Shown piece by piece: positions 1 to 10,724 of a stretch of DNA of 64,000 nt; position 1 is the first letter of the stretch, and each line of letters starts with the position of its first letter. The stretch comes from the human T2T-CHM13v2.0 reference genome, Homo sapiens. The notes beneath the pieces are model-generated. The model had not been told where the DNA came from. It saw nothing but the letters and a program-made list of their open reading frames with translations, and did no database searches. The stretch lies in NCBI RefSeq assembly GCF_009914755.1, contig NC_060947.1. One strand, 5' to 3'. The translations under genes were made by a program, and so were the position numbers.

Positions 1-1007
1 AGAGAGATAGTACAGGAGTTCCAGTATTTTGAGAGGGACTACACAGGAGCAGATCATCAACATATTGAATAAGAGTGGACGGTTTTAGGGATAAGGCACA
101 GAAGTCATGAGCAAAGGCCTGTCCAAAAAGGTGAGGGCTGTCTCTGAAACCTTGAGGTAGTATGCACCAAGTGAGCTGGTGTGAAAAGTGGGTGTTGGGG
201 TCTTCCCACATAAAGGCAAAGAGGTCTTGAGAATCAGGATGTGAAGAAATTATGAAAAAGGCATCTTTTAGGTCTAGGACAGAAAAATGGGTAGTATTGG
301 AGGGAGTCTTGGAAAGTAAAGTGTATGGGTTAGGAACTACTGGACATACTGGGAGTACAGCTTGGTTAATGAGCCTGAGGTCCTAGACTAAGTGATGTTA
401 CATCTGGCTTTTTAAGAGGTAGAATTGGTGTGTTAAAATGGGAGTTTGTTGGGCAGAGTAGGTGACTGGCGGGGAGGTGAGAAATGATAGGCTTTAGGCC
501 TATGAGAGCTGCTTGGGGGATTGGATACTGCTCCTGTGATAGGAACTGGGTGGGGTTTTTAAGGGGGTGAGGACAGGGATGTGGTGTTTTGTTATTAGGG
601 TGTGGAAGTATCCCAAACAGTGGGGTTAACTATGGATGGGGGATAAGGAAAGGTTGCATGTTTTAGGGTGGGAGGTCGAAGGAGTAGAAGAAAACTGGAA
701 GTTCCAGAGGGGTCTGTGTGGATGCATTGGGTACTATGGGGAATGTGGAAATGGAGAGTAGACTGGAGTTTTGAAAGGATGTCTCTACCTAGGAGAGGAG
801 TTGGGCATGAGGGCAGGAGTAAGAAAGAGTAAGTGAAGGAAAAGATGCAAAAGGAGCAGAAGAGTGGAGGGGTGGCTTGGGGTTTGGAGACTTGTCCATC
901 AATTCCCACAACAGAGACTTGGGAAGACTGGGTCCTGAAAAATTAGGTAAAGCAGAGTAGGTCACCCCAGTATCAATTAAAAAACATACTGGCCTACTTG
1001 CTACCAT
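1..1007 (-). pseudogene. pol: Retroviral pro-pol remnant (aspartic protease and N-terminal RT), frameshifted
   Basis: ORF 789-1007 has the protease active-site motif FLIDTG. ORF 595-909 has the C-terminal PTPLLGRDIL in another frame. YVDD lies near 53-64. Confidence 0.9.
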
Positions 1008-1234
1008 CAGGGTTACCCTTGGCTTGGATGAAGCAATGGTAGTTGCCAGGGTGTCTGCTCTAGGGCACCATCAGTCTTCAGCGGCAAGGCTGATGAGATC
1101 CAAGTAGGAGGTTTTCAATAGTGATGGCAACTTTCTGTGGGAATCTGGCAGCTTGAAGAAGTTTGCTGATGAGAGCCATTGAATAAGAATAAGAGGGCCA
1201 GCTCAGGAAGGGATGGGGGGAATTATTGCAGTGG

Positions 1235-2629
1235 TCACTCACAGTCTGACTTCCAGTGGGATCCTTCACAGAGGGGGCACAGCCTGGTGGGCTTACCTGG
1301 GTTTGGGCATTGTCTGGACCAGTGGCCTTCATTGCCGCACTTGAAACAGGCACCAGGTGGAGGTGGATTGCCAGGAGGCTTCCACGTGGAGCTGCAGCCC
1401 TGTGGGCCTGCAGGGCCTCTGATGGTGGAGGCAAGCATTTGAAACTGCCTGTTTTTGCCTTTTACTTTCCTCATCACGATTGTTAAAGACTTTGAAGGCT
1501 AAATTAAGAAGGTCTCATTGTGGGGTTTGAGGGCTGTCATCAAGCTTCTGAGGCTTGTGCCGAATACTGGGGGTGGATTGGGAGACGAACCGAAGGATTA
1601 AGATAGTGGTTCCCTCTGGGCTGGTTGGGAGAGAGAAAAAGGGCTGGGTTTTCATCAGGACCTTGGGTGATTTCCGAAAATTTTTCATAGTTTACCACTT
1701 TATGGGCATGCTTTTTGAGTCCTGCAAGGAGACACACAATCATGTGGTCTTGATGGCAGCATCCAGAGGCCCCGTCTTGATAATCCCAGTGGGATCCTGT
1801 TTGGGGACTGCCTCTTCACCAGTAGGCTGGGCAGGAGCTTGGTGATGAATTGTATCAGCATGTGCCAGAGCTAGGGTCCAGATACGGTCTTGGTCTTCTG
1901 GGCTAAGGGTGGAAGAGAGGATAACATAGAGGTCATGGCAGGTTAGTTCATTAGACTGGGTAAGGTACTGAAACTCCCTAATATAAGGGGTAGGGTTTTC
2001 TGGAAATGAACTGAGTCTTTTGTTAATTTGAGAGAGATCAGCAAGGGAGAAGGGAACATGAACTCTAACAATACCCTCAGATCCCGCAACTTCCCGAAGG
2101 GGGCACTCTAGCACTGGTGCTGGAGTAAGGGTGGGGCATGGGGCAAAGGTGGCTCCTGAGCGAGTATGGGCAGGAGAGAAGGAAGAAGCCAGAAGTGGTT
2201 GAGAGGAAGAGATAGGGGCTGGGAGGGGTGGACAGCAGTCAGCTGGATGGAACGAGGGAAAACAGGTAGGGTCGGGAAGAGAAAGACAATCTGGGTGGTG
2301 AGAATGGAGGAGAAGGATTTGAACAGGTGAGCAAAAATTGTAGAGGTCTGGTTGTAATATGAGTGCAAAAAAAGACTGGACATAGGGCATTTTCCCCATT
2401 TTTCCACTCATTAGCAATAATTGCTTAAGTCAGTTAAAATTGTAAAGTTGAATGTTCCATTTGCGGACCATTTGGACCCATTATCTAATTCATACTGCAG
2501 CCAGCCTGTATTGCAAAAAAAGACAAGGCACTTAGGGCAGATATATTGCCTGAGGCGTAAGGTTTGCAGATTTTTTATGAGGCAGCCTACAGGGCTGTTT
2601 TTTGGAATGGAGGACCAGGAGTTTCCCAT
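1235..2629 (-). pseudogene. gag: Retroviral gag, disrupted
   Basis: Starts MGNSWSSIPKNSP (Gly2 myristoylation-type). Contains CPLREVAGSEGIVRVHVPFSL, the MHR-like ITQGPDENPALFL and two CCHC knuckles (CFKCGNEGHWSRQC, CPLCEGSHWKSDC). Split over at least four ORFs. Confidence 0.92.
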
Positions 2630-3031
2630 AACGGAGGGTCAACTCAGGAGAACAAAGAAAAAGGAGACCATCCTGGAAAGCTGGAGGGAGAGGATAAAAG
2701 GAGCAATTATCACCGCTGCCTTTTTCATTCCTGGAATAGGATCAAATGGCTTAGAGGCATCCCCCTAAGACCAGATGATCAGTGAGTGCCTGGCACACAC
2801 CGAAGCCTTCTTGGACCAACGTTGGATTTTCGGACTGCAGAAACAAAGAGAGGCCATATGGCTTTTTCTCTGTTAACTGGGCTCCTGGGGAAACTTACCA
2901 GTAGGTGAGATCAGTGACCAATGTGCATGCACAGAGGCAACTGGAGGCTGAGGAGCTTCCTTTGTCCAACAGCTGTGGCCTGCTCACTGGGGTGGAGGGG
3001 TAAGCCCATAGGGGATGCAGACCTGAGCTCC

Positions 3032-3049
3032 TCCCGGGTTTTGGCACCA
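3032..3049 (-). other. Primer-binding site complementary to tRNA-Phe
   Basis: Minus strand reads TGGTGCCAAAACCCGGGA, one mismatch from the tRNA-Phe PBS TGGTGCCGAAACCCGGGA, and lies 2 nt after the LTR end. Confidence 0.9.
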
Positions 3050-3051
3050 GA

Positions 3052-3498
3052 TGAAAGGTTCTTGTATTGGTTCAAATGCCAAGAGCACACCAACAGTCAA
3101 CATGAGGCAGTGTGGAGCAACATGGTGTTTTAATGAGCACCTGGGTGCAGGCAGGCTGAGGCCTAAAATGGCATCAGCCCCAAGTGAGGACAGGGCAGGG
3201 GTTTTATAGTCTCCAGTAAACAGGAAGTGTCCCAGTCTGATGTAACTGCTATGTGGTAACCAGATGGCCTCTTTCTTGATCTTCAGGGGTATGTGTCTAC
3301 TGGCCAGGGTAGGTGTTTTACAGCCAGGGCCGGTGTCTTCCAGCCAGGGTAGGTGTCTTCCAGACAGCTCTCTTCCTGTTTCTGCTATCTTGCTGATGCA
3401 TGCTGCTAACACAAGTGGCCTTGTGCCTTGGGACTGGGCCTAAAAAGGGAGGAGTTACTCATCCCTTCAAGCTTTCAGGCCCTGGGAAGAATCTTTCT
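3052..3498 (-). mobile_element. 5' LTR of the HERV-F-group provirus (~450 bp; possibly LTR21-like)
   Basis: Abuts the PBS. Terminal inverted repeat tgaaag (3052) ... ctttc(t) (3493-3498). Minus strand has TATAAAA near 3202-3208 and ATTAAA near 3129-3134. Short internal repeats at 3290-3362. Family name is from memory. Confidence 0.8.
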
Positions 3499-3666
3499 TC
3501 CTCCACTCACCAAGTGAGATCCATTACTTGAAGGCAGAGTCAAGGAGCACCCCATGGCCTGAATTTCCTGGTTCTCCAGTGAGAATGTGTATTGTGGAGA
3601 CAGTCTCTCCCTGCTTTCATGCTCTGAAGACTTCCAGTTTTCTACCAGACCTGCCACTTTTAAAAA

Positions 3667-3938
3667 GAGAACCAAACACTGCATGTTCTCACTCATAAGT
3701 GGGAGGTGAAAAATGAGAACACATGGCATGGACACAGGGAGGGGAACATCACACACCAGGGCTTGTTGGGGGGTGGGGGGTTAGGGGAGGGATAGCATTA
3801 GGAGAAATACCTAATGTATATGACAGGTTGATGGGTGCAGCAAACCACCATGGCACATGTATACCTATGTAACAAACCTGCACATTCTGCACATGTATCC
3901 CAGAACTTAAAGTATAATAAAAAATAATAAAAATAATA
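3667..3938 (+). mobile_element. L1PA 3'-end fragment (mid-age subfamily) with A-rich tail
   Basis: L1 3'UTR ending cagaacttaaagtataataaaa. Confidence 0.9.
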
Positions 3939-4954
3939 AACAGGCAACCTATGAAATGGGAGAAAATTTTCACAACCTACTCATCTGACAAAGGGCTAAT
4001 ATCCAGAATCTACAATGAACTCAAACAAATTTACAAGAAAAAAACAAACAACCCCATCAAAAAGTAGGTGAAGGACATGAACAGACACTTCTCAAAAGAA
4101 GACATTTATGCAGCCAAAAAACACAGGAAAAAATGCTCATCATCACTGGCCATCAGAGAAATGCAAATCAAAACCACAGTGAGATACCATTTCACACCAG
4201 TTAGAATGGCGATCATTAAAAAGTCAGGAAACAATAGGTGCTGGAGAGGATGTGGAGAAATAGGAACACTTTTACACTGTTGGTGGGACTGTAAACTAGT
4301 TCAACCATTGTGGAAGTCAGTGTGGCGATTCCTCAGGGATCTAGAACTAGAAATACCATTTGACCCAGCCATCCCATTACTGGGTATATACCCAAAAGAC
4401 TATAAATCATGCTGCTATAAAGACACATGCACACGTATGTTTATTGCTGCACTATTCACAATAGCAAAGACTTGGAACCCAACCAAATGTCCAACAATGA
4501 TAGACTGGATTAAGAAAATGTGGCACATATACACCATGGAATACTATGCAGCCATAAAAAATGATGAGTTCATGTCCTTTGTAGGGACATGGATGAAACT
4601 GGAAATCATCATTCTCAGTAAACTTTCACAAGGACAAAAAACCAAACACCGCATGTTCTCACTCATAGATGGGAATTGAACAATGAGAACACATGGACAC
4701 AGGAAGGGGAACATCACACTCTGAGGACTGTTGTAGGGTGGGGGGAGGGGGGAGGGATAACATTGGGAGATATACCTAATGCTGGATGACGGGTTGATGG
4801 GTGCAGCACACCAGCATGTCACATGTATACATATGTAACTAACCTGCACATTGTGCACATGTACCCTAAAACTTAAAGTATAATAATAACAAAATAAAAA
4901 TTAAAAAAAAGAAATTCTATACCCTAAAAAATAAAAAATAAAATAAAATAAAAA
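3939..4954 (+). mobile_element. 5'-truncated young L1PA (L1PA2/3-like), ~1 kb
   Basis: ORF 4068-4679 is the ORF2p C-terminus ([18 protein letters not shown] ... [10 protein letters not shown]), followed by a G-rich 3'UTR and a composite poly-A. Confidence 0.95.
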
Positions 4955-5749
4955 GTATTTGAAGATTCTTTCACTCTTTCTATTGAGCTCCTGTTTTTGA
5001 TCTTGGATAAAAGTTCACAGTGTGAATCTCTACACACTTTTTTTGCTCATTCCAACTGGCTGAGGTGTTCCAACAAAGCCTCTTGTCTGCCACCTTGGAA
5101 AAACATTTTCAAGAAAGACAGCAAATAAGTAAATTATAAACTCATTATTTTTTCAACATGTCAATATTACCCCTGGAATGTAAAGAGAGAAAAATATAGG
5201 AAACATGTAGGAATACTTGGTGGAGAGAAACCAATGATGAATTTCCTGATGCAATGATGTGATCTCTTTCTAGGTTAATGGTGGCTATTCCCAATAGGTT
5301 CTGATGGGACTCCTCAGCTTCGAGATGTAACTCAAAATTACCTAAAGAATTGATGGAAAGCAAACACTTCCTGTTGTCCCACTTTGAAACTGTTTAGAGG
5401 GATCTATAATGTGAAGGGAGTCTGGAGGACCCTTTGTTTGATATAGATATGCAAACTCAATTACTTGAAATGGAATGCTATAAATGAATGTCTTTATACA
5501 GACAGCGGGCTTCCAGGTCCATTCAGCCTTGAGGATCCACAAATCAAAAGTTGATGAGGAAGGAAGGGGTGGGATATTTTGGTCCCTCCTGAGTGTACTG
5601 CTGCTTCCATTTTACTCTCAGAGCTCAGCATGACCATCATTATTATATCTCACCAGGCAACCAAAAGGGCAAGCCACTCAACAGCATACTCAATGGTGAG
5701 AAACTGAAAGCTTATCCTCTAAGTTTAGAAACAAGGCAAGAATGCCTAC

Positions 5750-5793
5750 GTTGTGCACATGTACCCTAAAACTTAAAGTATAATAATAAAAAA
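5750..5793 (+). mobile_element. Ultra-short L1PA 3'-terminal insertion (~44 bp)
   Basis: gttgtgcacatgtaccctaaaacttaaagtataataat plus poly-A, flanked by the perfect direct repeat aagaatgcctac (5738-5749, 5794-5805). Confidence 0.92.
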
Positions 5794-6931
5794 AAGAATG
5801 CCTACTTTCACCATTTCTATTCAACATAGTACTGGAAATCCTAGTCAGAGCAATTAGGCAAGAAAAAAAATATATTCAATTCAGAATATGTGTATTGTCC
5901 GTTTGCAGATGACATGATTTTATATATAGAAAATGCTAAAGACTCCTAAAAACTGTTAAGGTTAATAAATAAATTCAGTAAGGCTGCAGGTAACAATATC
6001 AACATACAAAAATAAGTTGCATTTATGCACATGAACAATGACCCCTCTGAAAAAAAAATTAGGAAAAAAATCCCATTTACAATAGCACCAAAAAATTTTT
6101 TTAGGAATAAATGTAACCAAGAAGATGAAAGACTCATATACTGAAAGCTATAAAACATTAATAAAAGAAATCAAATAAGGTGCAAACAAGTGGAAAATCA
6201 CCTTGTGTTTGTGGCTTGTAAGATCTAATATTGTTAATATGTTTATATTACTCAAAAAGATCTACAAATTGAATGCAATCCATATCAAAATCTCAATGGC
6301 ATTTTTTACAGAAACAGAACAATTTTAAAATTTATATAGAACCACAAAAGACTATAAATAGCCAAATCAACCATGAGAAAGAACAAAGCTAGAATCATCA
6401 CCCTTTCTGATTTAAAAATATAATACAAATACACGATAAACAAAAGAGTATGGTTCTGAAATAAAAACAGACACAAAGAACAATGGAACAGAATACAGAG
6501 CCCAGAAATAAATGCACACATATAAAGTGAACTGATCTTCAACAGGGGCACAAAGAATATACAATGAGGAAAAGCAATTGGTGTCGGGAAAACAGGATAT
6601 TCACATGCAAAGAATGAAACTGAATTTTCATCTTCAACAATTCAGAAAAAATGAACTCAAAATGGATTAAAGACTTAAACAGAAGACTGAAAACTATAAA
6701 ATTCTTAGAAGTAAACAGGAAAAAACTATAGGACATTGGTCTTCACAATGATTTCGTGGATATGACACCGAAAGCAAAGGCAAAAAAAAATAAATTAAAG
6801 AATGGTACGATATTAAACTAAAAATCTTCTGCACTACAAAGGAAACAATCAACAGTGAATAGGCAACATGTGACATTAGAGAAAATATTTGTAAACCATA
6901 TATCTGACAAGAGGTTTATCTCCAAAATGTA

Positions 6932-7158
6932 TAATGAGATCACATGGACACAGGAAGGAGAACATCACACTCTGGGGACTGTTGTGGTGTGGGGGGAGGG
7001 GGGAGGGATAGCATTGGGAGATATACCTAATGCTAGATGACGAGTTAGTGCGTGCAGCACACCAGCATGGCACATGTATACGTATGTAACTAACCTGCAC
7101 AACGTGCACATGTACCCTAAAACTTAAAGTATAATAATACAAATAAATAAATAAATAA
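6932..7158 (+). mobile_element. Short L1PA2-like 3'UTR insertion
   Basis: Young 3'UTR (ctagatgacGAGttag) with an (AAAT)n tail, interrupting the host ORF2 between aaaatgtataa and gaaaatcctacaactc. Confidence 0.9.
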
Positions 7159-7968
7159 GAAAATCCTACAACTCAGTAGTAAAAAATTTAAAAATCTCAT
7201 TAAAAACTGGTTAAGAACTTGAATAGACGTTTTCCCAAAGAAGTCAGAGAAGGCCAACAGGTATACTTTAAAAATGCATCAGGGGAATGCAAATCAAAAC
7301 CACAGTAAGATATTACCTACCACTTCTCAAGATTACTATTATTAAAAAAAAAAAACAACACAAGTGTTGGTGAGGATGTGACAAAATTGGAACCGTTGTA
7401 CAAAGATTGTGAGAATGCAAAACGGTGCAGTCACTATGGAATACAATATGGAGATTCCTAAAAGCTTAAAAATAGAACTACCATATATTTCAGCAATCCC
7501 ACTTCTGAGTATTTATTCAAAAAAATTGAAATCAGGAGCTTGAAGTTATAGCAACACTCCTATACTCACTGCAGCACTATTCACAATAGCCAAGATGTGG
7601 GAAACAACCTAAATGTCCATCAACAGATGAATGGATACATAAAATGTTGTATGCACAGAAACTGAATAGTATTCAACCTTTAAAAATAAGGAACACCTGA
7701 AATATGTGACAACATTTATGAACCTTAAGGATATTGTACTAAGTGAAATAAGTCAGTCACAGAAAGACAAATACTTCATAATTCCACTTAAATGAGATGT
7801 CTGAACTAGTCAGGCTCATGGTATCCGAGAGTGAAATGGAGGTTTCTCGGAGTTGAAGGGAGGAGAAGTTATAAATCAATGGTCATAAGGTTTTAGTCAA
7901 GTAGTATAAATGGGCTTTAAAGTTCTGCTATACAACATGGTACCTATAGTCAACAATAATGCATTGTA

Positions 7969-9222
7969 CCCTCCCTGTGTCAATGTGTTCTCATTGTTCA
8001 ACTCCTATTTATGAGTGATAACATGTGGTGTTTGGCTTTCTGTTCCTGTGTTGGCTTGCTGATAATAATGGTTTCCAGCTTCATTCATGTCCCTGCAAAG
8101 GACATGATCTCATTCTTTTTTATGGCTGCATAGTATTCCATGGTGTATATGTGCCACATTTACTTTATGCAGTCTAACATTGATAAGCATTTGGGTTAGT
8201 TCCAACTCTTCGCTATTGCAAATAGTGCTGCAGTAAACACACATGTGCATGTGTCTTTACAGTAGAATAATTTATAATCCTTTGGTTATATACCCAGTAA
8301 TGAGATTGCTGGGTCAAATGCTATTTCTGGTTCTAGATACTTGAGGAATAGCCATACAGTCTTCTACAATGGTTGAACTAATTAAAACTCCCACCAATAG
8401 TGTAAAAGAACACCTATTTCTCCACAGCCTCCCCAGCATCTATTGTTTCCTGACTTTTTAATGATCACCATTCTGACTGGTGAGAGATGGTATCTCATTG
8501 TGGTTTTGATTTGCATTTCTCTAATAATCAGTGATGGTGAGTTTTTTTTCATATGTTTCTTAGCTGCATAAAAGCTGGAGTCATCTTGCTACCTGACTTC
8601 AAACTATACTACAAGGCTACAGTAACTAAAACAGGATGGTACTGGTACCAAAACAGATATATAGACCAATGGAACAGAAGAGAGGCCTCAGAAAAAACAC
8701 CACACATCTACAACCATCTGGTTTTTGAAAAACCTGACACAAACAAGCAATGGGGAAAAGATTTCTTATTTAATAAATGTTGTTGAGAAAACTGGCTAGC
8801 CATATGCAGAAAACTGAAACTGGACCCCTTCCTTACACCTTATACAAAAATCAACTCAAGATGGATCAAAAACTTAAACGTAAGACCTAGGACCATAAAA
8901 ATCCTAGAAGAAAACCTGGAAAATACCATTCAGGACTTAGGCATGGGTAAAGACTTCATGTCTAAAACACCAAAAGCAATGTCAAAAAAAGCCAAACTTG
9001 ACAAATGGGATCTAATTAAACTAAAGAGTTTCTGCAGAGCAAAAGAAACTATCATCACAGTGAACAGGCAACCTACAGAATGGGAGAAAATTTTTGCAAT
9101 CTACCAATCTGATAAAGTTCTAATATCCGGAATCTACAGGGATCTTAAACAAATGTACAAGAAAAAAACAAACAACCCCATCAAAAAGTGGGCAAAGGAT
9201 ATGAACATCCACTTCCCAAAAG
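7969..9222 (-). mobile_element. L1PA with 5' inversion (minus-strand 3' arm 7969-8570, plus-strand arm 8570-9222)
   Basis: The plus arm encodes [14 protein letters not shown]...[10 protein letters not shown]. The minus arm starts at the immediately following ORF2 sequence (YAAKKHM...). Confidence 0.88.
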
Positions 9223-9539
9223 AGAGGGTAAATTTTATGTTGGGCCTTCTTACCACAATAAAATGTTTTTTTTAATGAACAATACAAAAAGCCAACAAAC
9301 AATACATGAATTCATGGCAAGATTATTAATCTTGACAGTCTCTTAGCAAGACTGATGATGAAAAAAGCCAGGAAACATGAGTAATTAATGTGAATTATAA
9401 AACATGAGTCAACTGTGCAGATATTATAGACATTAAAAAGACAGTAAGGGATATCGCCATTAAGTATGAGGGGAGCTAAAGGTTTTTGCAGCTATTCTTT
9501 ATGAAATTGATAAAGTTCTCATTTATTCCCAGCTTTTAT

Positions 9540-10690
9540 TTTTTACTAATTTTTATAAAACATAATGACCACCAGTTTCATCCATGTCGCTACAAATGAC
9601 AGTATTTCAACCCTTTTTATGGATGAATAATATCTCAGTGTTTTTACATAACACAGTTTCTTTATCAATTCATCCACTGAAGGATACTTAGGTTGATTCC
9701 ATATTTTGGCTATTGTGAATAGTGCTATAGTAAACATGAACATGTGGATATCACTTCAATATATTGATTTCCTTTCTTTTGGATATATACCTGGGGTGGA
9801 AGTGCTGAATCATATGGTAGTTCTAGTTTTTAGTTTTTTTGAGGACCCTCCATACTGTTTTTCATAGTGGGTATACTAACTTACATTCTCACCCACAGGG
9901 TACAAGATCCCCTTTCTTCTTACCCTCACCAGCATCCATTATTCCCTGTCTTTTTGATCAAAGCCATTTTAACTGGGGTGAGATGACACATTATTGTGAT
10001 TTTGATTTGCATTTCCCTGATAATTAGTGATGTTGAGCATTATTTCATATACCTTTTGGTCATTCGTAGGTCTTCCTTTGATAAATATCTATTCAGACCA
10101 TTTGCCCATATTTATTTATTTTTTAGTTTTATATGTTTATGTTTATTTTATTTTTTCCATAAGTTATTAGGGTACAGGTAGTATTTGGTTACATGAGTAA
10201 GTTCTTTAGTGGTGATTTTTGAGCTTTTGGTGCACCCAAGCAGCATACACTGCACCATATTCATAGTCTTTTATCCCTCGCCCCCTCCCACTCTTCCCTC
10301 AAGTCCCCACAGTCCACTGTATCATTATTATGCCTTTGCGTTCTCATAGCTTAGCTCCCACATATCAGTGAGAACATACGATGTTTGGTTTTCCATTCCT
10401 GATTTACTTCACTTAGAATAAGGTCTCCAATCTCATCCAGATCGCTGCAAATGCTGTTAATTCATTCCTTTTTATGGCTGAGTAGTGTTCCATCTTATGT
10501 ATACATACCACAGTTTCTTTATCTACTCATTGATTGATAGACATTTGGGTTGGTTCCACGATTTTGCAATTGTGAATTGTGCTGCTATAAGCATGCATGT
10601 GCAAGTATCTTTTTTGGTATAATGTCTTCTTTTCCTCTGGGTAGATACCTAGTAGTGCATTTGCCCATTTTAAAATTAGATTATATGGGG

Positions 10691-10724
<34 letters not shown>

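Larger units (their letters stand above)
1..3051 (-). mobile_element. Endogenous retrovirus internal region (gamma-like, HERV-F group), running off the left edge
   Basis: On the minus strand the order is PBS, leader, gag, pro, pol. RT motifs read directly: FSVLDLKDAFF (~256-288), LTWCILPQGFRDSP (~135-175), IQYVDDLLL (~45-71). Confidence 0.93.
5660..9262 (+). mobile_element. Old L1M (L1MA/MB-like) 3' portion, hosting three younger insertions
   Basis: Degenerate ORF2 RT and C-terminal sequence from ~5670. The 3'UTR breaks at gcattgtac (~7968) and resumes at agagggtaaattttatg...cttaccacaataaaa (9223-9262). Confidence 0.8.

Noticed and set aside
4738-4758. G-quadruplex-prone G-tracts (also ~6990, ~26215, ~36865, ~55320)
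   Set aside because: A known standard feature of L1PA 3'UTRs.
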